Assembly (NCBI GenBank): GCA_002256025.1
Contig: NKIB01010603.1
Location: forward strand, 1 to 64,000
Reading direction: 5' to 3'
Length of the DNA stretch: 64,000 nt
Source of the DNA: Asterionella formosa
Taxonomy: Eukaryota
A program made the position numbers and the translations under genes. Of this stretch, positions 11,081-24,352 are shown piece after piece (positions within the stretch are counted from its first letter, which is position 1; each line of letters opens with the position of its first letter). The notes below the pieces were generated by a model. That model was not told the DNA's origin, made no database searches, and saw nothing but the letters and a program-made list of their open reading frames with translations.

Positions 11081-14074
11081 ATGGCCACGCTATTGAGCAA
11101 AATCGAAGAGGATCACGAAGCATGGAAATCTCGGTAAGGATTCCAAAGATTCTTCACGTAGATTCAGTACTAACCTCTACTGTCAAATCACTTACCTGCT
11201 TCCATTCGCCGAAAACAGACTGGTCGACGATGTCTTTGGGAAGGACAACATGAACAAGGTTCAGATGGAAAAGGTTGTCATGTTGCTTTGGCAGTTTCGA
11301 GATGATGGGAATGTGATCCAATTCATGGCTCAGTTTGTCGCGAAGGTGAGCTTTCCCAGTGCCTAGTATTTGGAATTGGGCTTTTTGTTACCCTTCATCA
11401 CTGAACCTTTAGTGATCACCCTTTGTTATTATGAACCCAGTTCGCAGGTTCTCGAGACGTCTTTGCCGGTATCGAATTCTACCTCCCTCAATTAGCGCAC
11501 ATGATCATTCATTTGGAAGTCGATTGGGACGATGCCATTTTCGAACGCTTTGCCTTGATGATTGCTCAACAATCCCTACATTTCGCCCTCCAACTCAATT
11601 GGATTTTGGTGGCTGCTATTGAAGATTACGAACCAGAGCTACCAACTGGAGAACCGAATCCAGATCACAATGCTATTTATTATTCAAGATGCGTCAAGCT
11701 ATTGTCGAATATTGAACGATGCGTTGTTTATGGCAGACCGCGCTCGATTGAATTGTACAGATTGTACGAAAGGGGCAAGATTACCAAGAAGGAATACGAG
11801 ATTTTGGAACATGCAGACCGACGTTTTAACGCTGTGGAAATTACCACAGCATGTAAGGATGGCGACAATGATCTCTATTTCAGTGGCCCGTTGCTATACA
11901 AACGACAGATTCGGAACGGATGTTGCAAACCAAAACCATGGAAGACACGATATTTTAGCATTCAAAATAGAATGCTCAATTGCTACAATGAGAAAGGGGG
12001 AACTCTGATCAGAAGCATGCCGCTTGAAGGTGCAGCACTTGGAGACCACACTGGCAAATACCCCCACATGTTTTTTGTCCAGAATCGTGGTTTTCTGTTC
12101 GTGATGCGAGCAACTTCCGCAGAAGAGAAGGAAAAATGGCTCGAGGAGTTACGGGAAGAAGCCATGGCGCATGCCTTGTTTGCCCAAAACACTTCAGACT
12201 CGCACAAGAGATTCTTGGAAGATCTGACGCCTGCCCAGCGTGTCCGATTCGATTTCTTCAAGAATGAACGAGATTTTTGTCGAAATATATGTGAAATTGC
12301 CGAGACACTTCGATTTAAGGAAAGAGCAGAACGCAAAATATTGGCCCCGCAACTTTTGGAAGGGCTAGTCATTCCTCCATGTGTCTACGTTCCTTTGTGC
12401 AATTCGACGGATATTTGGAAGCGTGTTTGTGTCGCGATTGCGAAGGATACTAGAGTCTTCAATACAAAGGAGCGTTGTCCTATTATAATGTACTTTGTGG
12501 CCAGACGTGGCGAAGTTTACAATCGAAGTGGATTGAAAGATGTCAATCTGGATGTCGCTGAATACATGCATTTGCAATTTGCAATCCTAGAAGAAGAAAA
12601 AATTATGGAGTCTATTGTTGAAGAAACCTTTGGTGAATTGGGAACTCCTCATGGTTCATCCGCTGACTTGGTTGCTGCGAACAATGAGGATGATGCCAAG
12701 GATGCGGATGAAGATATGAATAAGTCCAACCACTCTGCCATTAGCTCCGTCTGGCACGACACGGAACTCGAAGCCGGAAAGGGACGCCACCCAGTCGCGA
12801 AGGGCAATCGTCAAGTTCAGGTCTTTTTGAGAGAGAATCTTGTAGCTTTGCCCAAGAAAATCGGCAACCGCATTGACAGTCGTCGACGGCTTTCAACCAA
12901 AACGATCCTTGACAAAGCAAAGGATCCGATCGAAACTGTGCCCATTCTCGAAGGACACTCTTCCTTTGGCTTGAAGGATGATGACGATGATACCAGTGTC
13001 GTTTCAATTGAACGAGGGTCAGTCTTGGTGAATGCAAGTGCAATTCTTGGTGATCAAGATTTCGGTGACATTGGTATCTGTGCAATTGAGCAGGCCAAGG
13101 ACCTCGTGTGCGGTGGTGAATCTTATGCTGAAAAGACCAAGCGCATGCTGGAAGAAGTGGTAGGTGAAGAAGAGGGAGTTACCGAAGTCTCGTCGTTGAT
13201 GGCAAAGTCCAATGACGACCTTCGCCAAGAAGTCTTTGTGATGCAAATGATTCATTTCTACAAGTCTGTCTTTGCCAAGGCTGGCCTTCCGCTATGGCTC
13301 AAGACATATCGCATTTTGAGTATTTCGCAACGAACTGGTCTGATTGAAGTCTTGACAGATGCCACGTCTTTAGATGGCTTGAAAAAATCTGAGAAGTATC
13401 CCAAAGAAGGCGGACTTCGTGCATATTTTATACAAGTCTACGGTGCGCCTGAAAGCAAGTCCTTCAAGGCGGCACAGAAGAATTTTATGACATCCTTGGC
13501 TGCCTACTCGCTTGTCTCGTACTTACTTGGGCTCAAGGACCGCCACAACGGTAATATTATGATCGATACTCGCGGTCATATAATTCAAATTGACTTTGGA
13601 TTTGCCATGGGTATGGCGCCAGGTAATGACTTTTCCATGGAGCAAGCTCCCTTTAAGTTCACCAAGGAATATGTTGATGTCATGGGTGGACTCAGCGGCA
13701 CATGTTACAAAGAATTCAAAGCTCTCTTTATCAAGGGCTTCGTAGAAGCTCGGAAGAATTCGTTGATTGCCTTGGGACTTGTGGAAATTATGATGTACAA
13801 GTCCCGTTACCCATGCTTTACTGGGCGACAGGGACATGGTGTGGCTTTGAAGAAGTTTGAGAAGAGATTGCTGCTCGACGTTCCAGACAATCAAATTGAG
13901 CGACGGGCCGAGGATCTCATAAGGTACGGGTTATGCTCGTTTGACTGTGTTTAAGGGGTTGATGCATGCTAACATTTTTTTTGTTGTAATTGGCATTACA
14001 GTATTTCACATGATCACTGGGGTACCAAGGCATATGATTCCTTTCAAAAGTGGTCCAATGATTATGCAATATAA
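11081..14074 (+). CDS. PI4K: Type III phosphatidylinositol 4-kinase with an internal PH-like domain, 4 exons (11081-11133, 11219-11345, 11441-13923, 14002-14074)
   Basis: Motifs EFYLPQL, VFNTKERCP, KSNDDLRQE, LGLKDRHNGNIMID, IDFGF and EQAPFK. The spliced C-terminus SISHDHWGTKAYDSFQKWSNDYAI* is typical of PI4K. All introns are GT-AG and in frame. Confidence 0.93.
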
Positions 14075-14109
14075 AGAGTCTAATATTAAAACTTATTTTT
14101 ATTACCATG

Positions 14110-14315
14110 CAAAGTTACCACTTTGACAAGAGTTGAAACTCCTCCATATCTGAGTCGTCTACCTCGTTTCCTCAGGCAGCGACTGCTTTGAATCCGCGTG
14201 TTGGAAACATTTTTCTTTTCGTCAGTCTCAGTATTCCCATCTTTACTAATAGGAATTTCGTCTTCAGGTGCGCTGGCAAAATATCCACCTCCAAGACAAG
14301 CAGTCAAGCCCTTCT
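14110..14315 (-). pseudogene. Diverged duplicate of the 3' coding end of the adjacent minus-strand gene
   Basis: Colinear similarity to ~14390-14630, e.g. tctgagtcgtctacctcgtttcctc vs tctgagtcatctacctcgttttcctc. The ORF reads ASAPEDEIP...TDEKKNVS vs ASASEDDIP...TDEKENVS. Confidence 0.75.
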
Positions 14316-14357
14316 AACGAATACGCAACATAAAAAGTCTAATAGTTAAACGAATTT

Positions 14358-16618
14358 TCATTTCCTTGCCCGAGTCGATCGTCGAGTCTGCAAGGGTAAA
14401 ACTTTGACAGAAGTTGGAACAAAATCGTCGTCCCCTTCCCCTCTCTCTGAGTCATCTACCTCGTTTTCCTCTTGCAGCAACTCCTTCGAATCCGCCGCTT
14501 GGGAAACGTTTTCCTTTTCGTCAGTATTATTATTTCTATCATGACTACTAGGAATGTCGTCTTCGGATGCACTGGCACTTGGCAAACTCTGTATCCATCG
14601 TGTCACAAGACGAGCGGTCAAGCTCTTCTGTACTTCCAACTCCTTGTCGCCCTTGTCCAGCAGCCCAAAGGCTTGCAACTCTTCTTCCAAGACATTGTAA
14701 TATCTGGCGCATGATTTTGGTATTTGCACATGACACCACAAAAGAAACACAACATGCGATGAAAAGGGAATCCACCACAACACGCTACTCCACCACTGTA
14801 ACAGTCCGGACAAGAGGGTATGCAACACCCAAAACTCCAGAGAGGCCATTTTGGTCGAGAGAGTATCACATGTCACAACGTGCTTGGCAGCTGGTACAAT
14901 GGATTTGACGTACAAGACACCCACGCCGGTAAATGGCGTAAATAGGGTCATGGCGGGTGGTAACAACGGTCGGGCTTCAACTAGAATATGAACCCAGTTG
15001 TCCTTGCTGTCTTCCGACAGGAGTTTCACCATGACGCATAGTGACAAGAAAGACTTTGCTTTTTCACAAATCTGGTTCCAAATCGCTTCCGGGACAGCGT
15101 TCGAAATCACTTTGTAGAGCGCCGATAGTATTGGCGATACCTTCGTATACAAGAGGGGAAGGGGGCGAGATTCATATCCTTTCGTTGGGTCAATGCTGGC
15201 AGATGTAAGGGAGGCAGGCAGTCCAAAAATCCAAAGGAAAAATAATAATTGAACCTCCAATAACGAGGACTTTATCCATACGTTCCTTGTCATGAGTCGT
15301 CCCATAAAGGGCGTTGAGTACAGTAGAGACGTGATGGTCGATAGAACTGCCAAGACCATCCAATAATGTAGCCAATAGGTGCATTCTTCTTGCATGTCTG
15401 TATCGTCGCCAAGCTGCGTGGGAGTAGCAGCCGCTCGCAGCCACCGTTGAACAGGAGTGGACGCGTACTTCTTCGATGGTGTGGTTTTCGGGTAAATGCC
15501 AGGAGTTTTCGCAGGACTGTGCAAGGCCACATTCTGCGCCGACGCAGATTTCAGCGGTGTCTTCATGGCAACCTTCGTCTTGGATGTCAAAGATTTCGGA
15601 GCACCATGCCTGTAGTGATACAATAGCGAAATAGTCCAAATAAGCGGATACCAAGTGCCCAAGAGGCTGGAAAGGTACGTTTCCGTAGCAATATATGTGA
15701 CGACGCGCGGAAACAGTACTTTGATGGATCCGACGACTCCAAGATATAGCACATGCGGCAGTAACATGGCCAGCAAGAGAGACGTATGGCTAATCTTTCG
15801 GAGGAGTGATTGATAGGACTGAGGGAAGGGAAGATAGAGCGCTCAAGTCAGAACGTGGATTCAGAATGTTTCCACATGGGCAATCCGACCTTGATTTGAT
15901 CTTGTAAAAGGGAAACGGCCGAAACCGTGTTAAGGGTCAAGAACCCGGAGGCCCAAATTGAAAAAAGTTGGTGCCTTGGCGGCAAGATGCCAACAATATT
16001 TTGGAAATTATGGTCATCCGGATGAAGATAAACAACATGCATGGATATGGAAAGGCACATCTCCAACAATCTACAACCGGTAGACTGTCTGATACTTGGT
16101 AGTTGGTAGTCTAGGAAAAAACTCACCTTCACGACACCATGCTTCTTTGTCTTGTACCAGCTGACTGATCGCTCATAGTACTTTTTCTTTTGAATGTACT
16201 TGCGGAGCAGGTAGAGCATCGCCGCGGTCAACACGAGACTTCCTTCCATGAGCAACGCACGTCGACTCAAGGACATTTGCCAATACAAATATTTATTCCA
16301 GATCCATTTCGCTTGATGGAAGCCTTTGATCGTCGAAACATAGACGCCACTTAACAAATGCTTTGCCAAGAATGTTGCAATGATCCAAATGCGACCACCT
16401 ATCCAGTACAGGAGTAGCCACAGAGGCCGGGTCGTCAAATATCCAAGTGTCATGAGGCTAGAACTCGCTACCACGGTGTCACGGTAGGCGTCCTTGGCCG
16501 CAGCCCAGTAGACTGCTCGGTCAGGAAGTTCCAGATACGCAATGAGCCAATACAGTTGCTCTCGTGCCTCCATGGCGTAGTCCTTGCAGACATTTAGATT
16601 GGGGAGTCCCACTGGCAT
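14358..16618 (-). CDS. Multi-pass membrane protein with possible TB2/DP1/HVA22 (REEP)-like segments, 2 exons (16618-16127, 15818-14358)
   Basis: A GTGAG...CCCTCAG intron joins the two long ORFs in frame. YWLHYWMVLA and LEFWVL...WWIPF segments resemble REEP motifs. The family call is tentative. Confidence 0.7.
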
Positions 16619-17065
16619 TGTTGCTTGAGACGACCAAGGAAATGGAAAAAGAAGTATTTAGGAAGCAAGTTCAGCGACGGCGTTGAGTGTTGCTGTTCTT
16701 CATCAGCATGATGGTTCTGATCTGTTCGGTACCAGGTACAAAGGGTTTTTGAAGCCATACACCGTAAACCGGTACCAGGTACACAAAGTATATCTACCGG
16801 ACTACCTACTCTGCCTGGTCCGCTGCAGCTGATATACCGTACCCTGTTACTGGTACGTTACAGGAGTACCAGGTACCATGTGAACCATCATCAGGTACCA
16901 GGTACCTGGTACCTGGTACCTGGTACCAGGTAGTATCAAATGGTTAATACCCCATTATTATACATATGAAAAGGGCATCACGGGGTATGAACGTATTTTT
17001 TCCATGCACTGAATTGTCCCTTTAGAGTTCAGCCAGTAGGATAATAATAGCGCGAAACAAACGTC

Positions 17066-17995
17066 ATGTCGAAACTGACATCTTCCCCTCCTCCACTCCA
17101 TGCTGTTGTACTCGTTGGCGCATTGATAGGATTATTTCTCGCGACCTTTCCTTCCGTCGAAACTTTGGATCAAGATGCTACAGTTCAAGTCTTCACCAAC
17201 CGAATCTTTCCAGAGGCAATGTCACTTGCTGCACTGGCCTACATCAGGCTAGCATTTGCTCTCTTCATATTCACCGTGACTATCCATACCACTTTCTTCG
17301 GCAAAGGATGGATCCAAGTAACACAATACCTACCCAACTCAAAGTTACTCAAAACAGCGATTCATTTAACTGGCTTCAAAACTCAACTTCCCTTTACATC
17401 GTGGTGCTGGAATCTCCTGGGTATCAGCTTTGCGTTGAATGCGTATATTACCTTCCTTGCTGCATCACACCATCACATTCCTCCATGGTTGTTGAGAACG
17501 GCTTTATTACTATTTGAAACAGCGGCTCCCTGTTCTGTACTAGTAGCCGCCGTGGTGAGATACGCTATCTGGCCAAATATTGTAAGGAATGGCGGCGACA
17601 CGACTGAATTGAAACGTACTCGCACACTTTTGTGGCATAATGCTAATGTCTTTATGGCACTCTCCGAAGTTACCTTGATGGGTGGCCTTCCTGTTCATTT
17701 CTCTCATGTTTCAGTTGCACCATTATATGGAATTGTTTATGTCCTCTTTTCATGGAGCATGACCAAGAATTGGTCTGTCGAAAGCAATGGCCCACAGTTT
17801 ATTTACTTTTTTTTTGACACAACCTTGGGAAAGTTTACAAGTATAGCACTATTAGTACTTTTGGTGGTGTTGATGGTTGTGTTCTCCATATTTTCTGTTT
17901 CTCAGTTCATTCTTGACAGATTGGGTGGGGCATTCCTGGGACATGTGGTGTTTATTATGACCATTTTGGTTGGAGTTTGCAAATTCAATGATTGA
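17066..17995 (+). CDS. Multi-pass membrane protein, rolling stone / FAR-17a-AIG1-like
   Basis: 309-aa hydrophobic ORF with FTSWCW, HNAN...E and IYFFFD motifs. Confidence 0.7.
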   Translation: MSKLTSSPPPLHAVVLVGALIGLFLATFPSVETLDQDATVQVFTNRIFPEAMSLAALAYIRLAFALFIFTVTIHTTFFGKGWIQVTQYLPNSKLLKTAIHLTGFKTQLPFTSWCWNLLGISFALNAYITFLAASHHHIPPWLLRTALLLFETAAPCSVLVAAVVRYAIWPNIVRNGGDTTELKRTRTLLWHNANVFMALSEVTLMGGLPVHFSHVSVAPLYGIVYVLFSWSMTKNWSVESNGPQFIYFFFDTTLGKFTSIALLVLLVVLMVVFSIFSVSQFILDRLGGAFLGHVVFIMTILVGVCKFND

Positions 17996-19299
17996 TTACA
18001 TGAACTAGCTAGTTACTCTTAACAAAGAACATATATGCAAGAACAAACTAGTTTATGAACCTTTGGTTTTTCTCATCTATCTTGACCTATATACACATCA
18101 ATCACCCTGAAAGGTATATAAATATATACAGAATGGCTGTGTACAATTTCTGGGTACCTGAGGTAGTCCTTGTATGCACTGGCTGATATATAAAGATTTA
18201 GTAGAGATAATGTGATTGTTTTGTACATATTAAACACTAGAGTGATGACATTGTGAGTGCATCCTGCATCATGTTGTCTCAGCCAAAAATCATAAAGATA
18301 ACAAATATCTCTGCGAAAATTGAGAACAATGAGCAAATGATTTTATATTTGTTACATTGTAAATCAAGCAAATTATATGAATATTGACAGCAAAAATTCA
18401 AATCGCAGATGTCACATTTTTTTTCTTGTGTAACATAGATATGAACAATTTAAAAGTTAAGAGCATATTTGATACCATTACAGTAGCATGATAATGAATA
18501 CAATTAATAATAGAACTTCATCATGATTTATTGAAGCAAAGAAGAAGAGAAACCAGTTATTTATCAACTGAGAATTAATTAATTGGTTTCGCGAAATGTG
18601 TTCCATTTAGCTACATTGCAGAAACCTCACATGGGCAATGGCCAATGATGATGAAATTATGCACCTCATCATCAATTAAAAATATATATTTGGCAAAACA
18701 AATGAGAGAATCTGCTATGAACTTTAGTATTAAAGATTTTTAAGTAAAAAATTAATAAAGGGCAGATCTTAACAGAGATGCAAAAATTAGAAAAATGTTG
18801 CTTAGCCTATTATTCTTATTGCACATATCTGGGTGGTAGTATCTTGCTTCCAGCAACACATTTTTTGTTGCTCCGAAATGTGTATCTGTGTGTATCGCTG
18901 CAGATAAAACGAAAACGAATTTTGAGTGGAAAAATCAAGAGCGATAAGAATTGCTGTTGATATCAAGAGAATTTCAGTTGTATTTCATTTTTTGTAGCAA
19001 AGGATGCACTGACAAAGAATTCCGTAGCTCTCATCATACAACCAGCTGAGGATGTATCTGATAATAAGCAAGGTTAGCTAGCAAGTATATTTCTACTTTT
19101 AGTATTCCTGTTATTGTTCTTATGATACTACATTAATCCTAGCTATGTCAGTCAGTTCACGGTGTTGGCGCAACACATTAGCTGGAGGTTGCCTAAACCA
19201 ATTGTTGGTGACAACATAAAGAACAATTTGTCGAATTGGTGAAGCACCTTGTATAACATCCAATTTCCTGACAGTTGGTAGATAAGCCCACCCAAGAGG

Positions 19300-20230
19300 A
19301 GAATTGGGCTTTGCATCAACAAAATCCAACTTAGTCAGAAATTCAAAACCATTAGTAAGGTCTGTCTTTTAATCATCATTCATGAGTTGATAAAAATTAT
19401 CTAAACGGGAAAAAGCACAAAGAATACCAACTGATTTCTTTAGGCTGGAGGACAAGTAAACCCTCGGTCAGAATATCCCATTTGTTGGTGAGTAACCCAA
19501 AGGTCATCTCAATTTTAATACGTAATTGTGAAGGAGATAGTTATATACATCTTTTCTTGTTGATTCTTTTTACTTCTAACAAAGGGACAGTGAATTTAAT
19601 CAGTCAATGTGTAAGCATTATCACCTTCTATGTATGGTCCTGGACAAAGATTGCTGGTAAAATCTAAAAAGCTGTGTCCATATAAATGCCTTCTGATCTG
19701 AAAATTTTCCTGGTGCCACCACGCCACAAACAAAGAATAGGAAAACAATTATTGTAGCGAAAAAATGGAACAATTTATACAACAATTATTGCCCAGGCAG
19801 ACCAATAGCTATGCTTGAGGAAAACCATCACAATCCCATTTCTTGGTTTGGTGATAGGATGTAAATAACCATCTATAGCACCAACACATCTGCGAAATAG
19901 TTGTTGCTCGCTTTTTTCATTTATAATTGCTTGTTTCTCTTTGTTTGTTGCGGATAGTGCCGGGAAAGAGTTCACAGCATCAAGAAACATTTGAGTGATT
20001 GCATCAACAGAGGCTTAAAAAACTCAATAGATATGGCAAATGTCTATGAGGTTTCCGCCTGCAAGAATCCAGCGAAGGCTGATGGTGAGGATAAACTCAG
20101 GATAAAAATGCTAGTTTTTGCTGTATAGCTATACCGGAGGAACTTGCATTTGATTTGACAGCATCAAGCAACTGTGATGGAAGGTAGAAGTAGTTCCAGT
20201 AGCTAGGTGGTTGAAAGCATGAAAGGACAT
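19300..20230 (-). mobile_element. Degenerate PIF/Harbinger (DDE_Tnp_4-type) transposase
   Basis: Fragmented motifs in the expected order: PEFILTISLRWILAGG, CVGAIDGYLHPITKP, VVAPGKFSD, GDNAY. Many stops and frameshifts. Confidence 0.8.
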
Positions 20231-20285
20231 AAGATATTCATGATGAAACCTATTCCCAAGTAAAACTCGCTCTATTCATATATCT

Positions 20286-21280
20286 TCAGGATATAGGAAA
20301 ACCCAGCGAACGAACAAGTACCAAAACAGAATGGGAAAACCCGGATATGCGACATTTCTGCATTCGTCTCCACGTGTATGCGAGAAACTTCGCTTTCCAC
20401 ATGTGCCATTTAGCATATTGCCCATCGAATGTCGGCAACCTCACTGACGTGTCTTCATCACTTCCCATGGTTCCTGAGTAGCCTGTGGCCTTAAAAGAAA
20501 CGCTTTAAAGCGTGTTGAAAGGTCTCGTACTCCTTCCCGTCTGACGGGTTCCTCTTACGTAGGACTTACCTGTTATAACACTAATATTGTCTGCTGGATT
20601 GTTTTCTGATCTCAGAAAAACAATATGCAACTCACCCTCATCTATCATGTTCTTGACATGATGAAACTTCACAAGGACTGTGGACTCGACTATAGTCCAA
20701 TGAGTCAAATGGTGCGTTCCCATGTCAAGAAGCTTGCTAACGAGATTGATGTCTTAGATCAATCAGAAGAAGGTTTACATCAACGAAAAGGGAACACGAA
20801 GAACAAGTTCTCGAAGTGTGATGAATGGGATTGAAACTTAGTTTTTAGTTTAAGCTTATAATTAAGAAACAGTGAGAATTGACAGAGTACTAACAAGGTC
20901 AATAGCGAAAACTAGAATTTGGAGAATACTGGGAAGTACAGCTGAAGAAATTTCGTACTGAAATGCTACTGGAAAATGAGATGCTTACTGGTAAGAAGAT
21001 AAAGTCTTATGTGACACCAGGAGCACCAGGAAAAACATGAGGAGCCAATAATGGAGAAACTATTATGGAGGCGGAATATCGCAAGATTGTTGGGAAATTA
21101 TTAAGGTCTACTAAGAAAGATTCCCCGGACTGTGCCAATGCAGTACGTGAATTATCTTCGTATTTAAGCTGTCCAAGCGAAGAACACTGGGATGGAATTT
21201 CACGAGTTGTTGGATTCTTATCAAGCAAATTGGACACAGTAGTTTTGCAGTCTTTGCGTTCTTTTTGGAAAACGTGATTC
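20286..21280. mobile_element. Rearranged Ty1/Copia fragments: gag start (-), RNase H end (-), LTR-like piece (+), RT (+)
   Basis: RLPTFDGQYAKWHMWKAKFLAY (gag); VKFHHVKNMIDEGELHIVFLRSENNPAD (RNase H); YRKIVGKLL...PDCANAVRELS...PSEEHW (RT). Confidence 0.85.
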
Positions 21281-22559
21281 AAGGTCGCTTTTAGATAAAA
21301 CGCAGTTTTTGTTCATTCTTTTTCATACTTCGGAAAATCCGTCAACTCTGCCCCTGAATTTGCCAGTATCACTGATACCTTTTTGAAGGAGGTCAAAAAT
21401 GGTATCGTTTTGGTATCAATGATAATGCATCAATACCAATAAAGTAGCCATTGTTGATGCCAGCCTGTTAAAAACTGTAAGCCACCGCTATGACGACTTT
21501 TTAACTGCAAGCAACAACTAAACGGAGAAAACTTAGTCTGCAAGATACATTTATTATTGTCATGAAGGAGTTGTTCAGATTTATATAAAGAGTAAAAACA
21601 AACGTTCTATATTGTTGCATTGACCAAGTTTTCAATTACGTATTATTGTCCCAAGGTTGAGCGAAATTGCGAAAATTGGATATTTTCACGTTTACTCTAT
21701 TGAGCTGGCATCACCTTTTCTATACATGTATACGTACACGACTAAAATTATTCTTCCGACGATAGAATTAATTTAGTAAGATTAAATGTGGGTAAGAAGT
21801 TATTGTGCTTTCGAATAGACTATGCGTCAGAAGAATTCGGTGATGATGTCAGTGTCAAAAGCATACTGGCTGTATTGCACATAGCAGGTCAATACATTGA
21901 AGCAAAACTTATTACTTATTCGTGGAGTAGGCAGAGTGTATCGTCTAAAATACAATTCGTATTTGCATCAGGTTTCGATTGCTATATTTCTTAAATACTT
22001 TCAATCACAAGATGGAGTAAAATAATTTTGGCTTACAGTTTTTAACTGGTTTCCAACATAGATACCAAATGTCAGCTTTTGCTCCAAACCCAGAAATGAT
22101 GCCATAGCTATTGTGCGAAAAATGCTCAACGATCTAAATATTTCGATTATCAAACACATGCAAACTGATGTGCATCAAACGTTTGTTGATAAAATAGGTA
22201 ATAGAAAGTCATTGTAAAAAGAATCCTAATCACTCTTGTATTTTTTAGTTAAATAAATATAGTGTCGTGATGCTGATTGATTGAGAAAGCGAAATGTCGT
22301 TTCGATTTTAAACTTCTTCATGCATCTCTTGGAGAATCTCGGCAGCATTCCAGAGTTAAGCTTCCTCATTCTTTTGGCGAATATGAAAAAGCTTTATTCT
22401 CCTTGAATACTGCCAAGATTCGCCAAATGATGAAGAAGTCGAAAATCGCAAATCGCGTCGATTTCATGATTTCGTAGATTCATTACTCGTATATTCTCAC
22501 GTAGAAGCCTTCGTAGACTTTGTTCCCCCTCTTATTAATAACAAAATAATAAAGATAGA

Positions 22560-23330
22560 AACCAGTATGATTTATAGCAAGTGCCCATGACCACCATGAT
22601 GGAGCCAATCAAAGGGACCGTTATTATACCAACTTTCCTCTTTTGCTCGTCTATTCCAAAGGCTTACTGTATTAATAATAGAATAAAGTCATGCCATGAA
22701 TTTGATAATTTTAGATCACTTAACGAGAGAGCTGGCTGAACTTTACTGAGCATAAGAGGAAAAGAAGAATAAACGCCCTTCTTATTGCAAATTGCGGGAT
22801 CATGTTGTACCACCAGATTCCACTAATTCCAGGAAACTAGCTCTGCTATCTCTCATACCCATCAAGACTTCCAATTCTGGCTACCCAGCCGCACATTCGT
22901 TCCCTGATCCACTCCTGCTGGCTCTGTCTGAGTCATTAAGCAAAAAACAAGCTGCCATCATGTTGAATGAGTCAACAGTCCGCCGTTCATTTCGTTATTC
23001 CCAAAGACAAACAAGACTTTTAACCCCCTTTCCAAAATCATGGACTCCTCAAAAGACCCGTGGTAAAAAGAGGCAACAATGGACAGACATGGAGACTCGT
23101 GGTTCTTGGTCCCCAGAATCTGGCTGAAGAGGAAGACGAAAAACAATAACAACACAACAAACAACAAGCGAAATAGAAATGCTAACATTCAACCTAGAGG
23201 AAAGAATTAGAGAACTGGAAGAATTAGAGTTGTTGGATACAGGAGGAGTGATCAGGAGGAACGAGAAGGAACAAAGGTGTGAGACGTTGATTCAAGCAAT
23301 TCAAGACATACAAAGTAGCAAAAAATAAGG
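22560..23330 (+). pseudogene. Degenerate gene remnant
   Basis: Broken ORF containing AHSFPDPLLLA and an acidic tail. It resembles, from memory only, C-termini of diatom effector/HNH-like proteins; not verified. Confidence 0.25.
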
Positions 23331-23609
23331 ACCGGCACTTTCTAGCATCGTTGAGTAGCGCAGCAGTTAAAAGTTTCCTTCAATTCCTTTTCTTAAAGGG
23401 AAATGACACTTTATCGTTGGCTTCTTGATGCTCTGTTCTAGTTTCAACATTTTCAGGGGACCTTTTTTAGAGACGAATTGTTAGGACATTGAACTGGAAT
23501 TCATAAATTTATACTCCTGCTATTTTACCAGACACGATTACCGGGAGACTGATGGTACCATACCCAAGTGTTCAAATGTTTGATACGCACTGTCATTTCA
23601 GTGACCTGA

Positions 23610-24352
23610 CCTGGTACTCCTCCCTCTCTCCAATAACAGTTGCATCGATGATCCAAATTTATCAGTGGCCATTTTGAGTCCTACGATTTTCTGCGGCTCA
23701 ATTGCTATATTGTTCGGCTTGCTCTAAGCTACAGATCCATGCATAATATAAATGTAGTAAATTTAAATTTGGCAACTATGTTTCAAAATAACGTTTTTGA
23801 GCATTTTCGATTTTCACTTATGGCTTTCTTGAGCAAAATGCAGATGCATGAGGACCCACTTTTCTTCGAACCATCTATTCTCTACATACATACAAAGTAC
23901 AATATAACTGTAGAACAACAGCAACTTACTTTCAATTATGGAATGCGCAACCCCGAAAATGGCGATGGTGGGAAGGAAGAAAATGACGGTATGCTCATTT
24001 TGAGGATTGTAACAGTTGAATATCCAGCAGTATGGTCCATGTAAGTGCAACAACCATAGAAAGTGTACAGAACGACAATTACTCTCTTCATGTTTGAATT
24101 ATAACAGTGGCTTGTTGTAGAAAGTATATCGAACTACAATTATTCTATTCATGTTACAATTATAACAGTGGCTTGTTGTATTCAGTTTCCCGCAAATATG
24201 TGATTGGCTGGCCGATGCGAAACAGCATTTGGCAATATGTACATGTATGCAATGAATGTATATACGTATTTTAAATTGTTTTCGATTCAATTATTTATAT
24301 GCTAATAATTTAATTACAGAAACAGAGTAAATGCTCACATCTAGTATGTAAC
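23610..24352 (+). repeat. Dispersed repeat copy A (probable non-autonomous TE), inverted homolog of 60625-61280
   Basis: Colinear similarity with the reverse complement of 60625-61280. Both copies read MQMHEDPxFFEPSIL...ENDGML. Confidence 0.85.

Noticed and set aside
13924..13954. ORF-track C-terminus of PI4K (YGLCSFDCV)
   Set aside because: Intron read-through; the spliced exon 14002-14074 gives the conserved ending.
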